Assembly: GCA_965219095.1 (NCBI GenBank)
Contig: CBDCMT010000001.1
Span: 672,001-736,000, forward strand
DNA length: 64,000 nt
Source: Bdellovibrionales bacterium
Lineage (GTDB): Bacteria; Bdellovibrionota; Bdellovibrionia; Bdellovibrionales; UBA1609
Direction: 5' to 3'
The notes under the pieces are model-generated. The model did not search any database. It was given only the letters and a program-made list of their open reading frames with translations, and was not told the origin of the DNA. Every line of letters starts with the position of its first letter. Positions within the stretch are counted from its first letter, which is position 1. Below are positions 31,132-41,147 of this stretch, in pieces. Both the position numbers and the translations under genes were made by a program.

Positions 31132-32957
31132 ACTTTTCTTTTAAACTCTTTTTCTAGTTGAGAGAAAGAGTGTTCTATGTAAACAGGACGCCCATGGGGG
31201 CAAAAACATGAGAGAGGATAGAGATCCATTTTCTGTAGAAGAGATTTCACTTCCTCAAAAGCAAGGGATTTTCCTGCACGAATGGCTGAATGACAAGCCA
31301 TAGTGGCCATAAGGTGTTCTATTTTTTTTTCAAGAGAAAAGCTATCCTCTTTTTCTAATATATCATGACCTATTTCCTCTAAGCACGTTAAAATAGCTTT
31401 TTCAGAAAGAAGACAGCAGGCAGCTTTTACGTTTAAAACCTCTAAGCCCTCTCTTTCAACAATAAGACCTAAGCTTTCTAACTTTTTTGAGATGCTCTCA
31501 ATGGCGTTGATAAAAGAACTATCTTTATGAAAAGAAAGGGGTATAAGAAAATTTTGTACCTCGAACTTTTTGTTTTTGTAGTTTTCTAAGAGAGTTTCGT
31601 AGAGAACTCTTTCATGAGCGGCATGTTGATCAATGAGAACTAAAGAATGGTCATTTTGTGTGATAATATAGGTGAGTTGAGCTTGTCCTAAGATCTGTAA
31701 ATGAGACCACTTTTGAAGAGATTTGGATTTTAAAGAAGATGTTTCTGAAAAATGAGGGGATGAGGAGGATGGTTTTTTTATAAAATTTTCTTGAACTTTC
31801 AGTGAAGAAAAGTTTGTTTGCGTGGGAATAGGAGTGTGAGTTGCGTAGTTTGTTACAGCTTCTTTGATATCTTGAGAATATGATGTGGCATGAAAAGGTT
31901 TTTGATAAGAAGATAAGGATTCAGGATTTTTTTCTTCAGTTTTTGGAGTTAATTCTTTTTGAAAGTTAAGAGATTCAAGCCAAGGTGTTTTTTCTAAAAT
32001 CTCTCTTGTAGTACGTCTTACTGCACGAAAAGTTTCTGAGGGGTTTTTTAATCTTACTTGTGATTTTGTAGGGTGAATGTTCACATCTATATCATGATCA
32101 GGAAGGGATATAAAAACACAAGCTGAAGGGTATTCTGAGTGCATGAGAAGACCCCTATGAGCATCTAAAAGAGCTGACATAAGAGCACGATCTTGAATCC
32201 ACCTTTTTTGTGCGAATAAGAAAATAGAGCGATTAGTGCTTGTTGTTTCGTTAGGGGCTGTAACAAACACTTCAGCAACCGTGGATCCCACTTGGATTTT
32301 GTTATGATAGATTTTTTTCACCTCTAAGATAGTTTCGATTCTTTTAGAGGGAGTATCCTCCTTAGGCCAATAGAACAAGAGCTTACCGTTTTGTTTTATT
32401 TTAAATTGCACTTCGGGATGAGAAAGAGCCATGGCTTTTAAAGCGTTCTTTATATGAAAAAGCTCTGTGTGATCAGACCTTAAAAACTTAAGGCGTGCGG
32501 GAACGTTTTGAAAAAGCTCCTCTACAATTAAAGTGGTTCCTTGGGTGTGGCTACTTATTTGGACTTTTGAAAGTTTTCCAAAATCAGAAACTATTTGGTA
32601 AGCTTCTTTGGAATCTTTGCTTTTAGATGTAATATGAACTTGGCTTACAGAGGAGATACTTGATAGAGCCTCACCACGAAATCCAAAACTATGAAGGTTC
32701 CAAAGATCATTTACGTTTTGGATTTTACTTGTTGTATGAAGAAGAAGACATTTTTGCAAATCAGCCTTTAAAATACCATGACCGTTATCTTTGATAAGAA
32801 GCTTTCTCCCTCCTTGTTGTAAATGAACTTCAATTTCTGTAGCATAGGCGTCTAAAGAGTTTTCCACCAACTCTTTGACCATATGGGAGGGTCTTTCAAC
32901 AACTTCTCCTGCAGCAATTTGACTTATAACGTCATGGGATAATGTCTCAATACGCAT
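31128..32957 (-). CDS. mutL: DNA mismatch repair endonuclease MutL
   Basis: IAAGEVVERP, GFRGEAL, DQHAAHER, CPHGRP. Confidence 0.98.
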   Translation of the reverse strand: MRIETLSHDVISQIAAGEVVERPSHMVKELVENSLDAYATEIEVHLQQGGRKLLIKDNGHGILKADLQKCLLLHTTSKIQNVNDLWNLHSFGFRGEALSSISSVSQVHITSKSKDSKEAYQIVSDFGKLSKVQISSHTQGTTLIVEELFQNVPARLKFLRSDHTELFHIKNALKAMALSHPEVQFKIKQNGKLLFYWPKEDTPSKRIETILEVKKIYHNKIQVGSTVAEVFVTAPNETTSTNRSIFLFAQKRWIQDRALMSALLDAHRGLLMHSEYPSACVFISLPDHDIDVNIHPTKSQVRLKNPSETFRAVRRTTREILEKTPWLESLNFQKELTPKTEEKNPESLSSYQKPFHATSYSQDIKEAVTNYATHTPIPTQTNFSSLKVQENFIKKPSSSSPHFSETSSLKSKSLQKWSHLQILGQAQLTYIITQNDHSLVLIDQHAAHERVLYETLLENYKNKKFEVQNFLIPLSFHKDSSFINAIESISKKLESLGLIVEREGLEVLNVKAACCLLSEKAILTCLEEIGHDILEKEDSFSLEKKIEHLMATMACHSAIRAGKSLAFEEVKSLLQKMDLYPLSCFCPHGRPVYIEHSFSQLEKEFKRKV

Positions 32958-33042
32958 AACCTTCTTTGTTTTTACTGAAAAAATCTTATTTTATCAAGTC
33001 GGTATAATACAAATTACAGAAATTAATTCGACGGTAAATCAT

Positions 33043-33304
33043 CTATCAAAAAGTATGTCAAGAAAAAACACTTCTCCATTTACAAAAAATATAAAAATTT
33101 TTTTGCATACGGTCACGAATATTCTAATCACCTAAGAAAAAACTTCCTGCACTTCCTTTCCATTTTTTAATGACTCTTCCTTTACATATTGTAAAACAAA
33201 CATATTCCTATTATGCGTCTATAGTGAATACGCTTAGATTTTCCGATCGATTCTCTAGAGAAAAAAACTGAAAACCTAAACGGAAGCACTATATCTGAAC
33301 CTTT
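33043..33304 (+). repeat. Dispersed IS-end repeat (also 10271..10462 and 43155..43335) containing a MITE
   Basis: ctatcaaaaagtatgtcaag...atgcgtctat is shared by three loci. Confidence 0.75.
33222..33291. mobile_element. 70-bp MITE with TA target duplication
   Basis: IRs tagtgaatacgcttag / ctaaacggaagcacta; empty site at 10442-10462. Confidence 0.88.
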
Positions 33305-33519
33305 TCGGTTTTAAATCATGAATTTATGCCAAAGATTTAAAACCTTAGATTATAGTAAATTTCAGGAATAGAGGATGTGCTATTCGTCGAAATGAATTTT
33401 TTATAAATATCATTTTTATTAAGCTATCTATCCTCACCTCATAAAGTCATTATTTGTATTGTTACTTACTATGCAAGAAACTTTAAACAGATGATTTTAT
33501 AAGATTGTTTTATTATTAT

Positions 33520-35040
33520 GGCTCCTCCCGGGAATCTGTGGGTGAAAAGTAGCTAGAAATCCCCCAAAAAGGCTCATATTAATCAAAGCAAGAGTAAGAC
33601 ATTCTATCTTGTATTTTTGAGTTCTTTGAGGCCCTTACTGGCCTCTATCACCTCCGGTGATTGAACTCAAAAACATTCATTTTATTTGCTTTTATTTGCT
33701 GTGTTACATTAAAATTTTAAAAAAGAAGCACCTACTTCCCAGATGCCTTAAAATGTTATTCAAAAAAAAAAAGAAGGAGGGAAGAGATGCTTTTGAAGAC
33801 TATACTAAATGATTGTTTAAGATGGAAGTCTTTTGTATACGGAGACATTTATTTTTCAAAAGATAGAAAGTCAATTAATGTTCCTATTAAGGCTCGTAAA
33901 AATGGCCAAGCTTTTTGTAGTGTTTGTAAGAAGCCCTGTTCAGTGTATGACAGAAGTAAATCATCACGGGACTTTGAATCCCTTCCTATTTTAAGTTACA
34001 GGGTGTTTTTTGTTTATTTTGTAAGAAGAGTTAATTGTCCTTGCTGTGGGGTAAAAGTTGAGTATTTACCTTGGGCCGATGGTAAGAAGAGTTTAACGAT
34101 CTTTTACATGAAGTATTTAGCAGACTGGTGTCGTCACCTGTCTTGGAAAGAGGTTTCTTGTAAGTTTCATGTCAGTTGGAATCAGGTCTATGCTTCGGTA
34201 GAATGGGTCGTAGAATATGGTTTAAAACAAAGGGTTTTAAAGGGAATACAAGCTATAGGTGTAGATGAAATACAATGGAAAAAGAACCATCAGTATCTCA
34301 CCTTAGTCTATGAAATAAGCAAAGAAAGTGTTCGTTTGCTATGGATAGGAGAAAAAAGAACAGAAAAGAGTTTTAGAAAATTCTTTGATTTACTAGGAGA
34401 GAAGTCAAAAGATATACGGTTTGTGTGTTCTGATATGTGGAAGCCTTATTTAAAAGTCATAAAGGAGAGGGCAAGTGGAGCTTTACACATATTAGATCGG
34501 TTTCATATCGTAGCAAGACTCAATAAGGCTTTAGACGAAGTGAGAGCTTCAGAACACAAAAAAATGAAAGAAGACGGGTATGAACCCCTTTTAACAAAAG
34601 CTAGATGGCCCTTGTTAAAAAATGCAGAAAATTTAAAATCTTATGAAAAAGTAAAATTAAGGCATTTAATACAGTACAATTTAAAAAGTATCCGCTGTTA
34701 TTTTTTAAAAGAAGACTTCCGACAGTTATGGACCTATGTTTCACCAACTTGGTCTGGTAAATTTATAGACAGTTGGACGAGACGAGTCATGCTTTCAAAA
34801 ATTGAACCTATGAAAAGAGAAGCAAAAACCATACGAAGACATAAGCTACTTATTCTTAATTACTTCAAGGCTAAAAAAACCTTCTCCTCAGGGATTGTAG
34901 AGGGTTTAAACAACAAAGTAAAACTCACTATGAGAAAATCTTACGGCTTTAGAACCTCTAAAGCTATAAAAATCGCCTTATATCATAACCTTGGAAAACT
35001 GCCAGAACCTCCGGGAACCCACAGATTCTTTTGAGGAGGC
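33520..35040 (+). mobile_element. Complete ISL3-family element
   Basis: IRs; attattat target duplication; 1521 bp. Confidence 0.95.
33787..35034 (+). CDS. ISL3 transposase
   Basis: Nearly identical to 12583..13830. Confidence 0.95.
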   Translation: MLLKTILNDCLRWKSFVYGDIYFSKDRKSINVPIKARKNGQAFCSVCKKPCSVYDRSKSSRDFESLPILSYRVFFVYFVRRVNCPCCGVKVEYLPWADGKKSLTIFYMKYLADWCRHLSWKEVSCKFHVSWNQVYASVEWVVEYGLKQRVLKGIQAIGVDEIQWKKNHQYLTLVYEISKESVRLLWIGEKRTEKSFRKFFDLLGEKSKDIRFVCSDMWKPYLKVIKERASGALHILDRFHIVARLNKALDEVRASEHKKMKEDGYEPLLTKARWPLLKNAENLKSYEKVKLRHLIQYNLKSIRCYFLKEDFRQLWTYVSPTWSGKFIDSWTRRVMLSKIEPMKREAKTIRRHKLLILNYFKAKKTFSSGIVEGLNNKVKLTMRKSYGFRTSKAIKIALYHNLGKLPEPPGTHRFF

Positions 35041-35307
35041 ATTATTATTTACATTTTTACGTTCTCCATAAGGTTTATATTTTTTTCCAGACTTGAAAAC
35101 ACCTAAAGTTAAAGCTGCAATTCTTCTAGTTAGTAGCGTTTCTAGAAGTGTGTGGTGGTAAATTTTTTTTGATCAACTCTTCATGAAAATCATTAAATTC
35201 ATTTTTATTTCCTATAACTGAAAGTGCAGCTATCTTAAAAACACTTTTCATTTGTGGGCAAAACCTAGACTTCTTAGTTCCATAAGACCTTCCACCACTC
35301 ATTTTAT
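35041..35307 (-). pseudogene. IS110-family transposase C-terminal remnant
   Basis: SGGRSYGTKKSRFCPQMKSVFKIAALSVI resembles the IS110 Tnp20 region. Confidence 0.55.
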
Positions 35308-35644
35308 GTAGTCGAACGTGAAAAATTGACAAAGGCCTAGAATTTTTATGCTGTATGATCTTTATCCCTGTTATTTTCTACTATAGAGGGTTAATATTTT
35401 TTCATAACTTAAACAAAACAGTAGTTTCCAAGAAGGCGTACAGGCCTTCTAAGCCATTTCAGTGAAAAAAACGAAAAAAGACGCAACCTCTAGTATTAAC
35501 TTTCTAAAATTTTGAGAAGTTCCTGATAAAAGACTATTAATATGTAATGGACGTTATATGATCTGACAGTTACCATATTAAATCAATTGACTCTCACCCC
35601 CTAGTAAGCTCAGAGGCTTAGTGCCAACAAAGCCGAATGATTTT

Positions 35645-36616
35645 TTAAATTTTTAAAGAATCAGTTTTTGCAGCTTTTAACTGTTCAGAGAGAAAATGTG
35701 CTTCCTTTCGGTCACAATACTTTTCACTAACAAGAAAAAGGGTATGGCGACCTTTGTTTTTTAACTCTCCTGAGGCAGGTTTTAGCTCTTGAAACTCTCC
35801 TTTATTTTTCTCAGCAATGTACTTTGGTAAAATAGCTATATAGTCATTAACCAAAGCCACTTGTCGAATTAAATCATAATTGTCTGCTATAAAAGAAGGG
35901 TTTAATTTTTTGCTATTTTTATTCTTAGAAAACTGATTTAAAAATTGAGACATATAAAGAGGTAGACCTTCTTCTTCTGCAGAAAGCATTGCTAGCTTTT
36001 TTTCCTCTAAAGCTTCTTCTAACGTTAAGGATATTCCAGAAGAAATAGAAGAAATATAAAAACCTAATTCTGTTTCAAACACAGCTTCGGTGTAAAAACC
36101 TTCAAGCAAAAAAGAATCAGCCGCTAAAAGAGCAGAGCAAATTTTACCTTGACGAAGAAATTTTAAAAGTTTGTCGTTTTTATCTGTATAAACTTTTACA
36201 TGTAAATGAGGAAAGAGATTCTTTAATCTTTCAAAGAAAAGGGGGAGAAAATAACAAGATAAGGCTTCATAAACTCCTAGTTCAATGTAATCAATGCGAA
36301 ACTTGCTTTGCATTTGGATGTTGAGTTGGTCAAAAGCAGAAAAAACCACTTCACACCTTTCAATAAGTTGTTGAGCCTCTTTAGAGGCAGAAACTAAACC
36401 GTTTTTATGACGTACGATCAAAGGTTGCTTAAATGTTTCTTCTAAAGATTTTAAATTTTGGGAAACAGCAGATGGAGTAATCTTTAAAGATTGGCTCGCT
36501 TTTCTAAGACTTCCTAACTCTAAAACTTTCTTTAAAACCCAGACCTTTTTGATATTCCCCATATCAATTTTCACATGTTTTGAAGGTGAAAGGTTATTTA
36601 ACGTATTTTTTTCCAC
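35645..36616 (-). CDS. LysR-family transcriptional regulator
   Basis: GSLRKASQSLKITPSAVSQNLKSLE. Confidence 0.92.
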   Translation of the reverse strand: MEKNTLNNLSPSKHVKIDMGNIKKVWVLKKVLELGSLRKASQSLKITPSAVSQNLKSLEETFKQPLIVRHKNGLVSASKEAQQLIERCEVVFSAFDQLNIQMQSKFRIDYIELGVYEALSCYFLPLFFERLKNLFPHLHVKVYTDKNDKLLKFLRQGKICSALLAADSFLLEGFYTEAVFETELGFYISSISSGISLTLEEALEEKKLAMLSAEEEGLPLYMSQFLNQFSKNKNSKKLNPSFIADNYDLIRQVALVNDYIAILPKYIAEKNKGEFQELKPASGELKNKGRHTLFLVSEKYCDRKEAHFLSEQLKAAKTDSLKI

Positions 36617-36692
36617 AAGCCTGTTTCCTTTTAAATTCTCTATAGATATATTCTTATTTTTCTATTTTTACAAATTTTATGTAAAACAAGCA

Positions 36693-37355
36693 TCATAGAC
36701 CCTCAAAAGCTTGATATAAGAAGAACAAACCTGCAAAAAATATAAGGACAGAGCTGATTTTGTGAATTTTTTTCATCCAGCCTCCCGATTTTGGAAGATT
36801 TTTTACACTCATCATTCCTAGTCCTACAACAAGGAAAATAAAGGTAGAGCCAAGGGCATAGAAGAACATATAAATGCTTCCGCTTAAAAGCTGAGTAGAG
36901 GTAGAAATCGTGACTAAAACAGCACCTAATACAGGAGTAGTGCAAGGAGAAGCTAAAAGAGCAGCTCCAGCACCTAAAGCTATAGGAAAAAACACAGTCC
37001 CACTTAATTTTTTAAATTCTATTTGGTTGGCTGTTTGTAAAAAGCCGGGAACAAAATTGAAAAGAGAAGCTATTCCAAAAGCAATCAAAATCAAACCCAT
37101 TGAACCCTGAACAAAAGGATTTTGAGAAGAGAACCCGAAAATTTCTCCTAAACTTACAGCAAGAATTCCCAAAAAAGTAAATGTTAAAACTTGTCCTGTA
37201 AAAAAAAGTATAACATTTATTTTTTTTCCACTTTCAGCTTGTGAGCCAAAATAACCTAAGCTAATAGGAATCATAGGGTACACACAAGGACTTAAAGAAG
37301 TTAAAAACCCAGCCCCTAACACGGTAAAAATTTTATACAAAAAAATCCCTTCCAT
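36693..37355 (-). CDS. CcdA/DsbD-beta transmembrane electron transporter
   Basis: SLSPCVYPMIP and ASPCTTPVLG; LPKSGGWM. Confidence 0.92.
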   Translation of the reverse strand: MEGIFLYKIFTVLGAGFLTSLSPCVYPMIPISLGYFGSQAESGKKINVILFFTGQVLTFTFLGILAVSLGEIFGFSSQNPFVQGSMGLILIAFGIASLFNFVPGFLQTANQIEFKKLSGTVFFPIALGAGAALLASPCTTPVLGAVLVTISTSTQLLSGSIYMFFYALGSTFIFLVVGLGMMSVKNLPKSGGWMKKIHKISSVLIFFAGLFFLYQAFEGL

Positions 37356-37831
37356 TATTGACCTCCCTTTGAAAAATATTTGAGGGCTGGTTCAAGATTT
37401 CCTGAACCTACTTGCAATACCTTTGCTACAAGACCATTTTTGGATTCAATGACAGCCCAGTGAGGAACAGAAAAAGCTTTCAAGGCTTTACCAATGACAT
37501 TGGACTTGTCTACATAAATAGGAAGTTCAATTTTATACTTTTTAATAAACCTTTGTGCCTTTTTAAACTTTTTGTCTTTATTAATGGAGAAAATGGGAAC
37601 ATTTTTTTGATGAAGATTCTTGAGAGTAGTTTTTAGTTTTTGCTTACAATCAGGACACCATTCTGCCCAAAAATAAATAAGAGCTTTTTTAGTGAGTTCC
37701 CATTTTTTAATTTGATTGTGATTCATAGCTAGCTTTAGATGAGAAAGATCAATTGTCTTTTCTTTTGAAAAAGCTATAGAAGAGATAAGAAAAATAAATA
37801 AAAAGGAAGAGAAAAATCTTTTCATTTCCAT
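37355..37831 (-). CDS. Secreted TlpA-like thioredoxin
   Basis: Signal peptide; FWAEWCPDC; cis-Pro SVP. Confidence 0.88.
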   Translation of the reverse strand: MEMKRFFSSFLFIFLISSIAFSKEKTIDLSHLKLAMNHNQIKKWELTKKALIYFWAEWCPDCKQKLKTTLKNLHQKNVPIFSINKDKKFKKAQRFIKKYKIELPIYVDKSNVIGKALKAFSVPHWAVIESKNGLVAKVLQVGSGNLEPALKYFSKGGQ

Positions 37832-38367
37832 TCTCCTGTAACACCTTCTAACTGATCTACCCCTAAAGCACCCGTATGTTGAAATACAATTTTTCCTTCT
37901 TTTTGAACAAGAAGAGCAGGGACAGTTGAAGAGCCGGGAAAGTATCTTTTAAATAAATTCTCGGAGTCTTTTTGTACTCCTACTTTCCACTGAACTTTAT
38001 GAGATTCTTTCCATTCTTTTGCATCTTCAAGAGCAAACTCCCCAGACAATCCAACTAAAAAAGTAACAATTTCTACATGATCGGGAAGCCTTCCTCTAAG
38101 GTCTTGTGTTATTTTTTCTGAAATTTCTTTAGCTTCAGCACTACAAGTTGTACAAGTATCTTGAGCGAAAATAAGAGCTAAAGTTTCTTTTTTTAAATCC
38201 TCATTTAAGTTAAAGTCCTGCTCAGTAGTAAGGGTAAGTTTTCCTGTGATTTTTTTTCCAATAGATGAAGGAGGCTCAACAGAGCTTCCAGTACTAAGCT
38301 GCGTTCCACAACCTGTGCTTAAAGCTGTTAGTAACAGCAGTAAAGTAATTTTTTTTAGATAATCCAT
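37822..38367 (-). CDS. Thioredoxin-like lipoprotein
   Basis: STGC lipobox; DTCTTC; TVP. Confidence 0.85.
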   Translation of the reverse strand: MDYLKKITLLLLLTALSTGCGTQLSTGSSVEPPSSIGKKITGKLTLTTEQDFNLNEDLKKETLALIFAQDTCTTCSAEAKEISEKITQDLRGRLPDHVEIVTFLVGLSGEFALEDAKEWKESHKVQWKVGVQKDSENLFKRYFPGSSTVPALLVQKEGKIVFQHTGALGVDQLEGVTGEWK

Positions 38368-39386
38368 TTAATACCTCCTTGAAAAGTATGGGATTGATAA
38401 TCTGTGTTTGTGTTTCTTAAAATATAAGAAACATTCAAAAGCCATCCAACTCCTTCATAGTTGAGTTTAAGACCATAGGAGTCTGTTCCAAGAGCTGTTA
38501 TGCCTCGGTTGTCCTCATAGTTTTCTTTTTCTCTCACAAAGCTATAAGAGGCCTCTAAAGAGAAGTCATATTGAAACTCCCAATAAAAGCTTCCTTCAAG
38601 CCATAAAACACTGAAACGACCGCGGTCATCCTTTAACTCAGTTGTAGCTTCATTTAAAAACCCTGTGTGAACACGAAATGTCAATTCATTAGAAAGGCCA
38701 ACTCCATTTCTTATTTCCACTCCATAGTGGTGAGGGCGATCCTTTTTACGTGTTCCAAAAAACAAAAGAGTGTTCACTTTCCATTTTGCATTGAGAACCT
38801 CACTCCAGTTTGCTTCATAGCGAAAAGAAGTAAGGTTTCTAGGTCTATTCTTTGTTTCCAAATTTTTCGTCGGATCAATATAGGTTGAAGCAGGCTGGTC
38901 TTTGGTGATAGAGGACAAACGAAAACCTAAACTTCTTTTTTTATTTAATAGACTTCGGTTATAGGCAAAAGAACCTGCTAAAAAAGAAAAAGGAGATGAG
39001 CCAAAGCTTCTTGCAACAAGAGCTGTGTAAGAGTTTTTTCCTTTTTGGTAGATTGCACTTAAGTTCATAGCATACTCTTTTTGGTCAAAGGTACGTGAAA
39101 GAGGAGTTTCTTTTCCATCTTCATCTCTTAGAAGAAAATTAGAATAGTCTTTTTTTGCTAAGTCGGCAGAAAAAGAAAGAGTCCAGTAGTTTTTCAAAGT
39201 AGGAAGTTGTAAGTTGAACCGGCTTAAATAACCTTTTGTTTTTTGTCTATTATTAGGCCGAAAAAAATCTATACTTCCTTTCTGATTTGTTAAAATGAAA
39301 TCAAATCCTGCAAGCCCCTCCGCAGCTCTTGCTGGCATAGAAAACAATGTGAGTAATGCAATAATCAGTGAGAGCAACTGGAGCAT
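38355..39386 (-). CDS. Outer-membrane beta-barrel protein, DUF3570-like
   Basis: Signal peptide, alternating beta strands, aromatic C-terminus; family inferred from context and by-eye similarity. Confidence 0.6.
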   Translation of the reverse strand: MLQLLSLIIALLTLFSMPARAAEGLAGFDFILTNQKGSIDFFRPNNRQKTKGYLSRFNLQLPTLKNYWTLSFSADLAKKDYSNFLLRDEDGKETPLSRTFDQKEYAMNLSAIYQKGKNSYTALVARSFGSSPFSFLAGSFAYNRSLLNKKRSLGFRLSSITKDQPASTYIDPTKNLETKNRPRNLTSFRYEANWSEVLNAKWKVNTLLFFGTRKKDRPHHYGVEIRNGVGLSNELTFRVHTGFLNEATTELKDDRGRFSVLWLEGSFYWEFQYDFSLEASYSFVREKENYEDNRGITALGTDSYGLKLNYEGVGWLLNVSYILRNTNTDYQSHTFQGGIKWII

Positions 39387-39631
39387 GAATTCCCTCCACT
39401 AGTTCCATCTAAAGGATTTCTCAAACCAAAAGCTAATGAAGTCTCCCCTATGAAGAGAGCTTGATTTAAATCCAAAGACTCTTGATTAAGAGGGCTTTCG
39501 GGTCTTAAATAAGACTCTTGGTTTGAAGGACTTGACTTAGAATTTTTATTTTCGTTAAGCTTTTTTTGCGAAAAGGAAGTTAAGCTAAAAAAAACAGTTC
39601 CTATTATTGCTACTAAAGTTATTTTTTTCAT
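39365..39631 (-). CDS. Small secreted protein with C-terminal GGNSCSSCSH (DUF4266-like)
   Basis: Signal peptide plus Gly/Ser-rich CxxC tail; overlaps the barrel gene. Confidence 0.65.
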   Translation of the reverse strand: MKKITLVAIIGTVFFSLTSFSQKKLNENKNSKSSPSNQESYLRPESPLNQESLDLNQALFIGETSLAFGLRNPLDGTSGGNSCSSCSH

Positions 39632-39698
39632 AAACCTTTCTTTCTTCTTAAAATTGTAGATTGTTTCACTCTATTCATCAAGGCAACCTAAACGTTCG

Positions 39699-40289
39699 CT
39701 AATTAGATAAAATTGACTCCATCCTTTCAAAATCACTTGTTCCCATAAAACCTATATGTTTGAAGAGAACAACATTTTTTCTGTTGTCTAAAATATAGAC
39801 CGTGGGAGTAGCAGAAACATAATAAGCTCTTGTTGCATCTCTTTGGCTATCTAAGAAAACAGTAGCTCCTAAAGAACTAAGCTCTTCTCTTTTAGTACGT
39901 GCGTACTGTATCAACTCATTTTGATTGTAATCAACTCCAATATAGTTAATTTGTACATTATTTAAAAGCTGAAAATGATCTGAAAAGTATTTAAGAAACT
40001 GGTTATGTAATATCGTACAAGCATTACAGTAAATAGAAAAAAACTTAAGGATCGTGTACTTTTGGCTCTCCATTAAAGGTTCTCTAATGCACCTTTCATT
40101 TGTCGCTCCCGAAGCTTCAATTCCTGTTAAAACAATACAAGGAGCATGATCGTTCTCATGTATTTGTAAGCTGACATGACTTGATGGCTCATTAGCTTGT
40201 ACATTATAAGCTTGAAAGCTGGCAGAAAAAGCTAATATAAGCAATACTAACATGTATGATAAGATGTTTTTTGTTTTTACTGTTTTCAT
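39699..40289 (-). CDS. Secreted thioredoxin-fold protein
   Basis: FFSIYCNAC, SATPT; signal peptide; aggagg RBS. Confidence 0.85.
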   Translation of the reverse strand: MKTVKTKNILSYMLVLLILAFSASFQAYNVQANEPSSHVSLQIHENDHAPCIVLTGIEASGATNERCIREPLMESQKYTILKFFSIYCNACTILHNQFLKYFSDHFQLLNNVQINYIGVDYNQNELIQYARTKREELSSLGATVFLDSQRDATRAYYVSATPTVYILDNRKNVVLFKHIGFMGTSDFERMESILSN

Positions 40290-40353
40290 AATACCTCCTC
40301 TTTGTTAATAACCAATATAATCACTAGTCAATTTTTGATCAAGAACAATTTAC

Positions 40354-40370
40354 CTTAACACAAAGTTAAG
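40354..40370. promoter_or_regulatory. Candidate LysR box cttaacacaaagttaag
   Basis: Dyad containing T-N11-A; conserved upstream of the paralogue (44325..44341). Confidence 0.55.
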
Positions 40371-40665
40371 AAAAGATTAAGTTTTTTTCCTTATAATTCT
40401 TAACTGTATGAGAGGAAAAAGCCTTATAGGAATGACCTGCTTTTTAAAAAGGAAAAAATACAAATAAACAGCGTTCAAACTTCAAACTAGGAATAGGGAA
40501 AAAGATACAAAGTTAAAAGAGCTTGTCATTGGTGTTTGATCTTCCCATCTTGATGCCAAGAAGCACAGAATACAAGTCTAATGAAACTAATGAAAAGGCT
40601 CAATTCTCAAAAAATTCTTGTAAACTTCTCTTCTAACAAACTTCTCTCTTATTTTAGCCTGAAAT

Positions 40666-40884
40666 GAGGATGTCCGTAATCCCGTTAGACTTTCAAAAGG
40701 GACTTTTTCATAATTAAGCTATCTCCATTTGTTTTTCAAGGGTTATTTTATTTATTTCTTCTATAAATAGAGGGATTTGTTTATATCCCCTGATAGTGCA
40801 AAATTTTTTCTCAACATGTAACAAGGAAGCTGCGACCCATAAGGAGATTTGTCGAGGATTTTTTTCCAATTCTTCACCCTTCCT
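40666..40884 (-). mobile_element. IS256-family 3' remnant
   Basis: RVKNWK...LWVAASLLHVEKKF.TIRGY; end ggacatcctc. Confidence 0.7.
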
Positions 40885-41145
40885 CCTGAGTTTGCCCTTT
40901 CAAATTTAGCTATTACCTTAAGTGCCTGAAATAACTAGGTTTATGCGTTGTACCAATTAAAAAGACATACTACATTTTTCTACATAGCAATAAGCCCCCA
41001 ATAAATATTCACAATTATGTTATTTCATAGGCTCTTTCAGGAAACTCCTTTCCAAAGAGCTTATAAATTTTCTTAGCCTTTGCAGATAACTTACGAGGAA
41101 GGCCATAAACTTTAGAGGGAACTTTTACTCTATTTCGAATAATAT
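40885..41145 (-). mobile_element. IS1634-like right end with a transposase C-terminal scrap
   Basis: cctgagtt terminus; VYGLPRKLSAKAKKIYKLFG...AYEIT*. Confidence 0.5.
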
Positions 41146-41147
41146 TA

